Of a DNA stretch of 32,000 nucleotides, positions 7,509 through 15,647 are shown piece after piece. The notes beneath the pieces were generated by a model, which made no database searches, was not told where the DNA came from, and worked only from the letters and a program-made list of their open reading frames with translations. Location: the NCBI RefSeq assembly GCF_000015805.1, contig NC_009073.1, positions 360,001 through 392,000 of the forward strand, in the 5' to 3' direction. The position numbers and the translations under genes are program-made. The stretch comes from Pyrobaculum calidifontis JCM 11548 (GTDB taxonomy: Archaea > Thermoproteota > Thermoprotei > Thermoproteales > Thermoproteaceae). The stretch's first letter is position 1. Every line of letters begins with the position of its first letter.

Positions 7509-9571
7509 GCGTGCAGGTCAACTTTAGACAAGTCGCCTCCGTTGCCATTGTCGCGTGGTTCGGCGCCTTTTTGGAGTGGCTCGACTTTTACACATACGCC
7601 CTACTAGCTGGCTTGGTGGCCAAGATATTCTTCCCATCGGCAGACCCCATTGCTTCTCTCCTCGCCTCATTTGCGGCGTTGGCCATAGGCTTCTTGTTTA
7701 GGCCGCTTGGGGCAATAGTGTTTGGAAAAATTGGGGACCAGTTTGGCAGAAAAGTGGCGTTTATCACAGCAATGTCGCTCATGTTAGTTGGCACCCTTGG
7801 CATAGGCCTACTGCCTGGATACGCCGAGATTGGTATACTGGCGTCTGTAGGCGTCTTTATCCTGAGAATTATCCAGGGCCTGGCGCTGGGAGGGGGATAT
7901 GGAGCAGCCATTACGTACTTGGGAGAGTTTGTCCCCGAGCACAGGAGGGGCTTCTTCACTGGGTTCCTCTTCACCACGCCTGCCGCTGGCATGGCCACAG
8001 TGGGCGCGTTGATATGGCTGTTTTCCACAATGCTGGGCACTCAGCAGTACAACGCGTGGGGCTGGCGCCTCAACTTCATAGTGGCTGGCGTTATTGTGTT
8101 CATAATTGTATTGGCTATGCACCTGTTCTACAAGGAGACGCCAGTCTTCTCTATGTTGAGGGCCGTGAGAAGAGTCACGTCTGCGCCTATTAGGGAGGTG
8201 TTCTCCCGGAAGTATCTTCCCCTAGTCCTATTGGCGTGGATAGGCGTAGTGGGAGCCCACGGGCCCATCTGGTACACGAACCAGCTCTTCAATACATATT
8301 ACGTAGGCCCTAACTTCCAGAAGTATGTTGACTCAGCCACTGCCAGCGCGTTGCTGTCCACGGCCACCTACGCCGCGCTTTGGATGTACCCGCTGTTCGG
8401 CTACATCTCCGACAAGGTGGGGAGGAAGCCCATCCTTCTGCTCGGTATCTATGGCAACGCCCTGTGGTTCCCCATAGCCTTCTGGCTGATAGACCAAGTT
8501 GGCCCGCAGAAGGACTTGACGGCGCTGTGGTTGCTCTTCTGGTCAATGACCTTGTTCAATGGCATTGGTTACAGCGGGGCAATGTCCGCCTTCTTGCTTG
8601 AGCTGTTTCCGGCGAGGATTAGGCTGTCCGCCGTCTCTCTGGCATACAACTTGGGCTACGGCGTCACAGGCGGCTTAACGCCGTTTGTAATTACCTGGCT
8701 CTACTCCATTACGAAGAACGTGTACCTCTCCACTATCCTGTGGAGCACTGTGGTTCCCATGGTGATGGCGCTATGGTACGCGCTTAAGGGCCCAGAGACC
8801 CTCGGTACTAGGATATGGGCGGAGTTCGCCGCAGAGAAGTTTGCTAAGAAGACTGTCACTCTGCCTGCCACTACGCCCATTAGAGAAGTGGTGAAGGCCA
8901 TGGTGGACACCGGGGTTAAGTACGTGGTGTTGACGGGAAGTGTCGTGGGCATATTTGGGACACGTAGCCTAATTAGGGCGCTTGCCGCCGGCGCCAAGTT
9001 AGATGAGCCGGCTGGCAATTATGCGGTAAAGACGTCGTGTATTGACGCCAAGGCCCCCGTCACAGAGGTCTTCGTAGCCTTGGAACAGTACAACGTCAGG
9101 GCCGTGCCAGTGTGCGAGGGAGGGAAGCCAGTGGGCATTGTAGAGGCGAGGGAGCTTGTGAACGAGGCACTGGGCTTGAGGAGCGTGTTGAAGAAGAAGG
9201 TGGCGCTTCGCTTCAACGTTTACGATGCGGCGCCTAGGGAGCTAGTCACCATAGCTCCCGACAAGTCCCTAAAGGAGGCCATAGACCTCATGGCTAAGTA
9301 CAACATAGGCTTTCTGCCGGTGGTTGAGGACGGGAAGCTCGTGGGCGTATTATCTGAGACCGACATTGTAAAGGCGGTTGCCAAGGGCGTAGACCTAGGC
9401 AGGCCAGTGGCAGAGTTTGCAAATAAGCCCATCGTAGTAGACAAAAGCGCCACATTGAGAGATGCGGCTGAGCTCATGGTGAAGTACAACATTAGGCACA
9501 TTCCCATAGTAGAAGACGGCAAAGTGGTAGGGGTAATCTCAGTAAGAGACGTGTTAAAGGCGATAGGATAG
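7505..9571 (+). CDS. MFS transporter (metabolite:H+ symporter, MHS-like) fused to four C-terminal CBS domains
   Basis: The N-terminal ~430 aa are polytopic, with the MHS-type motifs LEWLDFYTY and GKIGDQFGRKVAF. The C-terminal ~250 aa contain four CBS repeats (for example YNVRAVPVCEGGKPVGIV, YNIGFLPVVEDGKLVGVLSETDI, YNIRHIPIVEDGKVVGVISVRDV). ATGA overlap with the acs stop. Confidence 0.85.
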   Translation: MSVQVNFRQVASVAIVAWFGAFLEWLDFYTYALLAGLVAKIFFPSADPIASLLASFAALAIGFLFRPLGAIVFGKIGDQFGRKVAFITAMSLMLVGTLGIGLLPGYAEIGILASVGVFILRIIQGLALGGGYGAAITYLGEFVPEHRRGFFTGFLFTTPAAGMATVGALIWLFSTMLGTQQYNAWGWRLNFIVAGVIVFIIVLAMHLFYKETPVFSMLRAVRRVTSAPIREVFSRKYLPLVLLAWIGVVGAHGPIWYTNQLFNTYYVGPNFQKYVDSATASALLSTATYAALWMYPLFGYISDKVGRKPILLLGIYGNALWFPIAFWLIDQVGPQKDLTALWLLFWSMTLFNGIGYSGAMSAFLLELFPARIRLSAVSLAYNLGYGVTGGLTPFVITWLYSITKNVYLSTILWSTVVPMVMALWYALKGPETLGTRIWAEFAAEKFAKKTVTLPATTPIREVVKAMVDTGVKYVVLTGSVVGIFGTRSLIRALAAGAKLDEPAGNYAVKTSCIDAKAPVTEVFVALEQYNVRAVPVCEGGKPVGIVEARELVNEALGLRSVLKKKVALRFNVYDAAPRELVTIAPDKSLKEAIDLMAKYNIGFLPVVEDGKLVGVLSETDIVKAVAKGVDLGRPVAEFANKPIVVDKSATLRDAAELMVKYNIRHIPIVEDGKVVGVISVRDVLKAIG

Positions 9572-9577
9572 CCGCTC

Positions 9578-9582
9578 TTTTT
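9578..9582 (+). terminator. oligo-T tract immediately after the transporter stop (possible archaeal terminator)
   Basis: A T5 run lies 7 nt after the TAG at 9569-9571, in the 10-nt gap between convergent genes. Weak evidence only. Confidence 0.25.
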
Positions 9583-10448
9583 CACTCTCTTAGTACCACA
9601 GCACCCACGTGGCTTAACCCAAAGCTTTTCACCTCTACACCTTCCCTCATTAGACATTCTTCTACTTCCTCTACCTCATTTACATCTAGCAAAACTACCA
9701 AGACGCCTTTTTTCGCGTAATATCCGTGCATCTGCTTCTTGCACCGTCTAATTCTCCCCTCGACTTCAGGCGTTAAAAACCCCATAACCCTTGAGAACTC
9801 GGCCGACAGCTCTAGGAAAGAGTCGTACGTCGGCTGTTCCAAAAACTTTTCTACGAGCTTAGCGCCGCGTTCTCTTAAGGCGTCCCTCAGTCGGACGAGC
9901 ATAGAGCTTGTGTCCTCTCTACGGAAGACGTGAGTCAGCGCGGCTAGTCGGCGCGGGTGCGGCACCTTGTCCACCACTCCCACCCCTGGCGCGCCGGGCT
10001 TAACTCTCACTTCTATGCCGCCCCCGTAGAATTCGGCAATTACGTCGCCTAGGCCAGTCCCCATCTCAACCTCCACAACGTGGGCCGTCTGTGCCGCCTC
10101 TATGAGGGGCCGACCCGCCAGTGCAGATGCGCCAAGGGCGGCGCCGAGGGTATACGCGGCGCTGAGGCCGTAGCCGGCGCCAAGAGGCACAGGCGCTGAG
10201 AAGCGGACGCTGGCTGACAGCCCAAGCCTCTTTAACACAGCCGAGATGTGCGGTATGGGGCCCCGCCCACCGCTGCCAGCCTCCACCTCCACCACAGCGC
10301 CGGGTTTGAGCAACACACCCACTCCTATGGAGCCAGTGGTCAGGGGGTTGTCCGTGTAGACGGGGAGCCACATCGCCGTCACGTGAAGCGGCACTAGTAC
10401 TTTTACACGGCGCCGCATGCTGCCTCCGCGGCTTTCACAAGGGCCCAC
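9582..10448 (-). CDS. pantoate kinase (archaeal GHMP-family kinase of CoA biosynthesis)
   Basis: GHMP motif PVPLGAGYGLSAAYTLGAAL. Size and operon context with ketopantoate reductase and phosphopantothenate synthetase. The start is uncertain: the internal Met at 10418 would shorten the 46-nt overlap with panE. Confidence 0.75.
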   Translation of the reverse strand: MGPCESRGGSMRRRVKVLVPLHVTAMWLPVYTDNPLTTGSIGVGVLLKPGAVVEVEAGSGGRGPIPHISAVLKRLGLSASVRFSAPVPLGAGYGLSAAYTLGAALGASALAGRPLIEAAQTAHVVEVEMGTGLGDVIAEFYGGGIEVRVKPGAPGVGVVDKVPHPRRLAALTHVFRREDTSSMLVRLRDALRERGAKLVEKFLEQPTYDSFLELSAEFSRVMGFLTPEVEGRIRRCKKQMHGYYAKKGVLVVLLDVNEVEEVEECLMREGVEVKSFGLSHVGAVVLRE

Positions 10449-11245
10449 AGGGCCTTGTTCACGGGCGCCTCTACGCCATGCCTCTCTCCCAGCCTCACGA
10501 CAGCCCCATTGATGTAGTCCACTTCGGTCCGCCTACACTGGGACAAGTCTTGCAACATCGAGGAGACGTTGTCTCTAGTGGCTTCCGCCACCCTCAGCGT
10601 CTCTTCCACGGGGTCGGCCGGCAGGCGCACTCCCACGGCCTCCGCCACTCTGCCCGCCTCCCGAGCCGCCTCGGCGGCCAGCGACTTGGCATACGGGTTC
10701 TCTACCACGACTCCGTTCTTGGCCCTTAGGAGGGCTGTGATGGGGTTTATGGCCGCGTTTATCGCCAGCTTCAGCCACCTCGCAGGCTCTATGTCTTCCA
10801 CCACCCTGACCCTGGCCCCGCCGGCCCTCAAAGCGTCGGCCACCTCGCCGGCCTCCCTCGGGAGCACGATCTCCCCCACGCCCCTGACCTCTGCCACGCC
10901 TTCAACCCTTGACACTCCGTAGGTCACCACCGCGCCGAAGCCCACGCCAAGTCTCTCCTTGAGCAACTCCAGGCCCCCAATTCCGTTCTGGAAGACGACG
11001 GGTTCGCCCCGTATCTTGTCCACCACTGCCTCTGTGTCGTAGGCCTTGACGGCGACTAGGGTGTAGTCCACTGGGGGCAACTCGTCCACCACGGCCACCT
11101 GTAGGACGTGCGTCTCCCCGCCCCACTTTAGCACATAGCGCTCTCTCCTACTCCTCGTTACCACGTGGGGCACATAGCCGGCTCTGTTGAGGAAGTACGC
11201 CAATAGAGAGCCGACGGCGCCTAGCCCAATAATGCCGAATTTCAC
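10403..11245 (-). CDS. panE: 2-dehydropantoate 2-reductase (ketopantoate reductase, PanE/ApbA family)
   Basis: N-terminal MKFGIIGLGAVGS Rossmann motif, VFQNGIGG, WLKLAINAAINPITAL, and SSMLQD...TEVDYINGAVV motifs typical of PanE. Confidence 0.88.
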   Translation of the reverse strand: MKFGIIGLGAVGSLLAYFLNRAGYVPHVVTRSRRERYVLKWGGETHVLQVAVVDELPPVDYTLVAVKAYDTEAVVDKIRGEPVVFQNGIGGLELLKERLGVGFGAVVTYGVSRVEGVAEVRGVGEIVLPREAGEVADALRAGGARVRVVEDIEPARWLKLAINAAINPITALLRAKNGVVVENPYAKSLAAEAAREAGRVAEAVGVRLPADPVEETLRVAEATRDNVSSMLQDLSQCRRTEVDYINGAVVRLGERHGVEAPVNKALWALVKAAEAACGAV

Positions 11246-12009
11246 AGCGCCACCCCCCTCTCAGCCAGCTCCACCAGCCGCTGGGAGATGCGCCTGAGGA
11301 CCCTCCGCAGATTTTCGTCGTTGTTAAAGCGTTTCACAATGGCCTCCAGCTCCTCTCTGGGCAACGCCTTGAGCTCCTCGGCCAACTTCACCATGTTTGG
11401 GACGGCCCTCACCACGTTGTCCACGATGGTTATAGAGGCGGCCCGCGCAGTGCGGGACAGTGGGTTGAGGTCCACGGCTATTACGAACTTGCCCATCTTC
11501 CTCAGCGCCTCTGTCCTATCGCCGTCTTCAAGGGGGACGAAGACCACGTCGGCCACGTAGATCCCCCTGCACGAGACTCTCCTCCTCTCGCTGAACAGCT
11601 CGGGGATGGTGCACGAGGCGTCGTCTCCCACCCCAAGCACCTCCTCGGCCCCGTGCCGCCTCAACACCTCAGCGATGAGCTCCTCCCTCTCCCTCGTCCG
11701 GTAGAATAGGTTTACCTCAACGGCGGCGCCGGTGGCCCTAGCCAGCTGCACCACGCCCTCTGGCACAAGCGCCGCCACGTTGCCGTTGACCGATATAACC
11801 GGCCTCTTCGCCGTCAGCAGTGCCGCCACCGCCGCCCTCTCCGCCTCCCACGCCTCCTCCACAGTGGCCTCGCCCAGGAGGTAGTCAAAGCACTCCCCCC
11901 TCCCATGCGCAATTAGGCCCTGAGGCACTACGTACCCCTCCCTAAACCCCTCCACAAGCCTCTCCCGCACGAGGAGAGACTCCCTCCTCGGGTGGTTGGG
12001 AGGAATCAC
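11242..12009 (-). CDS. 4-phosphopantoate--beta-alanine ligase (archaeal phosphopantothenate synthetase, PPS)
   Basis: The N-terminus IPPNHPRRESLLVRERLVEGFREGYVVPQGLIAHGRGECFDYLLGE matches the conserved archaeal PPS (COG1701) signature from memory. GTG start, with a TATA-like ttatttaa about 20-27 nt upstream. 4-nt overlap with panE. Confidence 0.85.
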   Translation of the reverse strand: MIPPNHPRRESLLVRERLVEGFREGYVVPQGLIAHGRGECFDYLLGEATVEEAWEAERAAVAALLTAKRPVISVNGNVAALVPEGVVQLARATGAAVEVNLFYRTREREELIAEVLRRHGAEEVLGVGDDASCTIPELFSERRRVSCRGIYVADVVFVPLEDGDRTEALRKMGKFVIAVDLNPLSRTARAASITIVDNVVRAVPNMVKLAEELKALPREELEAIVKRFNNDENLRRVLRRISQRLVELAERGVAL

Positions 12010-12032
12010 GTTTCCACCTCCTAAAGGCTTAT

Positions 12033-12392
12033 TTAATTATTGTGACACAATTCCCGCGGCTCTGCGCCGTATACCACTACGCCGCGCTCCCACGTCTCTA
12101 GTGCAATTTGGTTGCCCGCCCTCACCGTGCGGCAGTACTCCTCCCTCGACATGAAGATGACGTTTACGTCGCCAAATGTGAGGCCCCTAGTCAAAGCCCT
12201 CCGCTCTGGCTCTTGAGCGGTTATGACCAATACGTCCACGTCGCTGAGCCCTCTGACGTACCGCCCCCTAGCCGCAGAGCCAAATACCACAATGGAGAGA
12301 GCCCCCTCTCGCAACGCCGAGAGGAAGTTAGCGAGCTCCTCCACGTCGAGACTCTTATTCAGATCTTTAAGCCTATAAATTCCGCTTGACAT
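12033..12392 (-). CDS. nucleotidyltransferase-domain protein (MNT-type partner of a HEPN protein)
   Basis: The minimal nucleotidyltransferase motif VVFGSAARGRYVRGLSDVDVLV (GS..RG...D.D). The start overlaps the end of the upstream HEPN reading frames. Confidence 0.8.
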   Translation of the reverse strand: MSSGIYRLKDLNKSLDVEELANFLSALREGALSIVVFGSAARGRYVRGLSDVDVLVITAQEPERRALTRGLTFGDVNVIFMSREEYCRTVRAGNQIALETWERGVVVYGAEPRELCHNN

Positions 12393-12763
12393 AGTTCAGC
12401 ACCTTTTCAGCCACCTCAATAGCCTTCCTTGCGTCTGCCTCTTTGAGGCGCTTGCTGGAGACCCAGAGGGCCACGCGTTGGGGTATCTGGCTGGGATGTA
12501 GTACCTGTCCAACAAGTCGCCTACGTCAAGAGCTCCGCGGGTACATCCACGTAGGCTTCTGCCCTTTCCAAGAGGGTGACCACGCTGTGAGTCCGCTCAT
12601 AGACCCCTCCCCTTTTAATAAGCAAAGCCTTGAGAGCCTTCTCTGCAGCCTGTTGAGCAAGAAAGCAAGCCTTTGCGAATCTCCCAGCTCTGTACAACTC
12701 CTTCGCCGCGGCGAGGTCGTCCTCGGCGTCGTCAAGCCAGTCGCTCCACCTCTCCCAGCTCAC
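12373..12763 (-). pseudogene. HEPN-domain protein, interrupted by two frame changes
   Basis: Frame A (12763-12521) gives 80 aa with a typical HEPN N-terminus (WLDDAEDDLAAAKELYRAGRFAKACFLAQQAAEKALKALL). The next frame encodes GDLLDRYYIPARYPNAWPSGSP, the classical HEPN YYIP.RYP motif. A third frame encodes LKEADARKAIEVAEKVLNYVKRNL and stops at 12373-12375. Confidence 0.7.
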
Positions 12764-13037
12764 GCACTATAAGGGGAGGTAGATAAAGAGCTTTCTTCAC
12801 TGTCCACGTCCGTGGACAGCGGTTTTGCCAGGGGCAAGGATATCCCTCCCCCATCTCTTCCACTGACACAAGCTCGTTGCCCGTGAACTTGCACCACACC
12901 CTAATGTCCTCTCTGGCGCACGAGTCGTTTGTAATGACCTCTAATACCTCCCCCACGGGTACCTCGGCTATTTCCTTTCTCAAGACCATTGGGCTGAGGC
13001 AGTTGGCCCCCGAAATTTTCACGGACTTAAAAACCAC
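12732..13037 (-). CDS. TusA/SirA-like small sulfur-carrier-fold protein (variant CLSP motif)
   Basis: KISGANCLSPMVLRKEIAEVPVGEVLEVITND resembles the TusA G..CP.P..(K) motif followed by the G..L.V..D strand. GTG start. The C-terminus overlaps the HEPN start by 32 nt. Confidence 0.6.
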   Translation of the reverse strand: MVFKSVKISGANCLSPMVLRKEIAEVPVGEVLEVITNDSCAREDIRVWCKFTGNELVSVEEMGEGYPCPWQNRCPRTWTVKKALYLPPLIVRELGEVERLA

Positions 13038-13091
13038 GCTCAGCCACGGGGGAGAGGTAAAAAGGCTTATTACACAGGCGGCTGAGAAGGG

Positions 13092-13418
13092 CTAGTGGCG
13101 GGGCTTGTACAATAGGACCAGCTTATCACCCGCCCGCCTCAGGGCCACAAAGCGGTCCACCATGGGGCAGGTGCAGTAGATTAGAAAGCTTTCCCCATCT
13201 GCCAGTTTAACGGCCTCGTTAAACGCGTGCCAGCTCTTCGCAAAGCTCACCACACCGTTGCCCTCGTACCTAATCTTCACAGTGCCGAAGTCGAGGTACT
13301 GCCCGGGAACGAGCTCCTCGGCGACAAGCCTTATTTTCTCAAAATCTCTCCACCGCGACTCATCCAAAGGCTCCCCATCTAGGCCCAGCGCTTTTAGCAC
13401 CTCTAAGTCGTACTCCAT
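13092..13418 (-). CDS. hypothetical protein (108 aa)
   Basis: The ORF frame is open from 13454, but ATG 13418 (MEYDLEVLKALG...) lies about 20-25 nt downstream of a TATA-like tttttatatc. Coding-like composition. No family recognised. Confidence 0.55.
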   Translation of the reverse strand: MEYDLEVLKALGLDGEPLDESRWRDFEKIRLVAEELVPGQYLDFGTVKIRYEGNGVVSFAKSWHAFNEAVKLADGESFLIYCTCPMVDRFVALRRAGDKLVLLYKPRH

Positions 13419-13464
13419 GTATACACCTCGATAAGTAGATATAAAAATTAACAAAAAAATTGTT

Positions 13465-13950
13465 CTAAGTTCCGCGGGCTTTGCTCAACAAGTTCTTCAG
13501 CGAGGTTCTGTGGCGTACTTCGTCTGCTAAAATTTCCTCTGCCAACTCCTCTGTGACTGGGTCTACTCCGTGGGTTATGCGGTACAGCTCTCTGTAGGCC
13601 TCAATTGCGCATTCCTCAGCCTTGACCGCGGCCATAATCCACGCATCTATGTCGTAGGGATCCTCTGGGAGAGCTGGATATTTGCACCCCGAGATTTCCC
13701 AGAGCTTTGCGAACTCCCTGGGGGGATCAACGTCAAAGTCTTGTAGTCTGTCTGCAATCATCTTGGCGTGTTTTCCAATCTCCTCTTCGGCCTCCTTGAG
13801 GAAGTGCTCGGCGATTTCCTCCGAGAGCGGGCCCTTAACCGCGTAGGCAGTTAACGTGTAGTAGTAAGCAGCAATCCACTCGTCAGCATATGCAGACAGT
13901 AGCCTTTTCACAATCACATTCTTATCCACGTTGCCAAGGAACTCAACCAT
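13465..13950 (-). CDS. ferritin-like diiron protein of the Dps-like (DPSL) type
   Basis: 161-aa four-helix-bundle pattern with ferroxidase-type acidic/His residues (EWIAAYYY, EEEIGKHAKMIADRL, AEECAIEAY, LADEVRHRTSL). It resembles archaeal DPSL antioxidant proteins. Confidence 0.75.
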   Translation of the reverse strand: MVEFLGNVDKNVIVKRLLSAYADEWIAAYYYTLTAYAVKGPLSEEIAEHFLKEAEEEIGKHAKMIADRLQDFDVDPPREFAKLWEISGCKYPALPEDPYDIDAWIMAAVKAEECAIEAYRELYRITHGVDPVTEELAEEILADEVRHRTSLKNLLSKARGT

Positions 13951-14002
13951 ATGCCATACCCCATTCTACTATTTAAGCTTTAATATGTGCCTAACTTGAG
14001 AC

Positions 14003-14488
14003 GTGGAGACGTTGCCAAAGCCGTGGTTCGACTTGGCCAAGTACAGGGAGGTTAGGCTCAAGGAGGCCCTATACGAGGCGGAACTCGCGGAGCGTTTCTT
14101 GGAGGAGGGCTTTGTGAGAAACGCCGCTGGGAAGGCCTTTCAAGCTTGGAAGACCCTCGTGGCGGCCTACGCCGTCGACAAAGTTGAAGAGTTGAAGAAT
14201 GCCTTCCCCGGGCGTAAGAAGCCTAGGGGGATGCGGGGCAGAGCTGAGAGTGCCCTCTGGGTGTTGGCCATAATGCCCACCACTGCCCTGAAGCAGGTGG
14301 CGCAGATCGTAGGCGGCGACGTGGACATCTACACAGACAAGGCGCTGTGGATCCACGAGTACCAGTACGACGGCCCCGATCCCCAAGCCATCCTCAGCCC
14401 ATACCCAGACGACGAGGTTGCGGTGAGGGACATAAAGAGGCTTGTGGAAAAGGTGAGAGAACTGGCGGAGAGGCAATTACGGCGTTAG
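14003..14488 (+). CDS. PaREP1-family (HEPN-like helical) protein
   Basis: EAELAERFLEEGFVRNAAGKAFQAWKTLVAAYA resembles the archaeal PaREP1/PaREP8 family signature as I remember it. GTG start, with an A/T-rich element 13969-13987 upstream. Confidence 0.6.
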   Translation: METLPKPWFDLAKYREVRLKEALYEAELAERFLEEGFVRNAAGKAFQAWKTLVAAYAVDKVEELKNAFPGRKKPRGMRGRAESALWVLAIMPTTALKQVAQIVGGDVDIYTDKALWIHEYQYDGPDPQAILSPYPDDEVAVRDIKRLVEKVRELAERQLRR

Positions 14489-14589
14489 GCCCGGCGCGCC
14501 TATTATGTAGCTGGTGCCGTTGCACGTGATGTATAAGACTGAGCGCTTGTGTGCCACTAGGCCGTAGCCCTCTCCAACGCCTTCAATCC

Positions 14590-14938
14590 TCAAACGGCCA
14601 GCCTCAATTCCGAAGGTTCCAATGCTGAAGTCTCTCCGCACATTGGCGTCCTCAATCCACTCTTTTTACACTCTCTCAAGTCTACGTTGAACGTGTTGCT
14701 CCCTAGCTGGAGGTAGAGGTGGGTCCCATTATAGAAAAAGCTCCACTGTGCCAGCCCCGTTAATGCGTACAGGTACGCAAACACAATTATTGTACTGGCT
14801 ACAAGTGGGTATAAATGCGCTAATTTTCTTCGATTTCCTATACGCCATATATGACACAAAGGCCGCTAGAGCGAATATGGGAAGTAAAAACGGTAATATG
14901 TCAAGAACAACGGCTTCAAAACTAACTCTGTAGTACAT
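14590..14938 (-). pseudogene. possible frame-disrupted small membrane protein gene in a low-GC patch
   Basis: Two overlapping minus-strand ORFs in different frames (14938-14729 and 14859-14590) each contribute one good hydrophobic helix (VVLDILPFLLPIFALAAFVSYMAY and LYPLVASTIIVFAYLYALTGLA). They could also be two independent or spurious ORFs. Confidence 0.25.
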
Positions 14939-15118
14939 TGGCCTTCATCTGCAAATTGCTTATATACTTTCAACTACTATGGTCTTTGTTCATACCAGCT
15001 ACCAACCTGTAGCACAAGCTTCATTGCCTTCACCGATGTCTCTCTCTTGCTCAATATATCCCCACGCTTCACAGTTTTCTCTAGCGTAAAACTTTTTTGA
15101 AAAGGCACCTTGAGTCTT

Positions 15119-15580
15119 ATGACCCGGGGCAGGCTGGTTTTCGACGTGGCGATATTCACCGCCGCTATGGCGGCGCTGGCTTCCGCACTTGGTGTTGCAC
15201 TATTTTTAGAGTCTATTCCATGGCCTATCCGCGCCTATATGATCGGCTCTAGTGCCCTCGCTGTTTTAATAGTTTTGTGGTTTATACCGGTGAAGTACTC
15301 TGTGGAGGGGGGCGTCGTCAAGCTGTGCTCCCCCATTAGATGTGTCAGGTATGAGGTAGAGGGGATAGAGGGGGGCGAGGTTTACGACCCGCGTAGGTGG
15401 AAGGAGTGGTTTCTCTGCGGCGGCTTCCGCGGGTTTAGACTGGCGTGGGCCAAGTGTGCCAACGACCACCTCTACTTCGCCACCGCGCGGTGTAGAGACG
15501 TGTGGAAGAAGTTCCAAGTCCGCAAAGGCGACGAGAGGTACACCCTGTGGCTCTGCATCGACGGTCGCAGCAGTGGCTAG
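15119..15580 (+). CDS. membrane protein with two N-terminal TM helices and a small soluble C-terminal domain
   Basis: The track ORF starts at TTG 15110, but ATG 15119 (MTRGRLVFDVAIFTAAMAALASALGVALFL...) is more likely. There are two hydrophobic helices followed by a Cys/Trp-rich ~90-aa domain. No family recognised. Confidence 0.6.
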   Translation: MTRGRLVFDVAIFTAAMAALASALGVALFLESIPWPIRAYMIGSSALAVLIVLWFIPVKYSVEGGVVKLCSPIRCVRYEVEGIEGGEVYDPRRWKEWFLCGGFRGFRLAWAKCANDHLYFATARCRDVWKKFQVRKGDERYTLWLCIDGRSSG

Positions 15581-15647
15581 GTTGTTCACAGAGCTACAAC
15601 ACAACTATCACTCTCTCAACGTCAGTGAACAAGGGATGGAAACAAGA

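Noticed and set aside
14526-14543. C/D-box sRNA-like elements (GTGATGT ... CTGA)
   Set aside because: The box-like elements are only 6 nt apart instead of about 12. No second C'/D' pair or terminal stem was found, and no exact RUGAUGA box occurs in the intergenic gaps I inspected.
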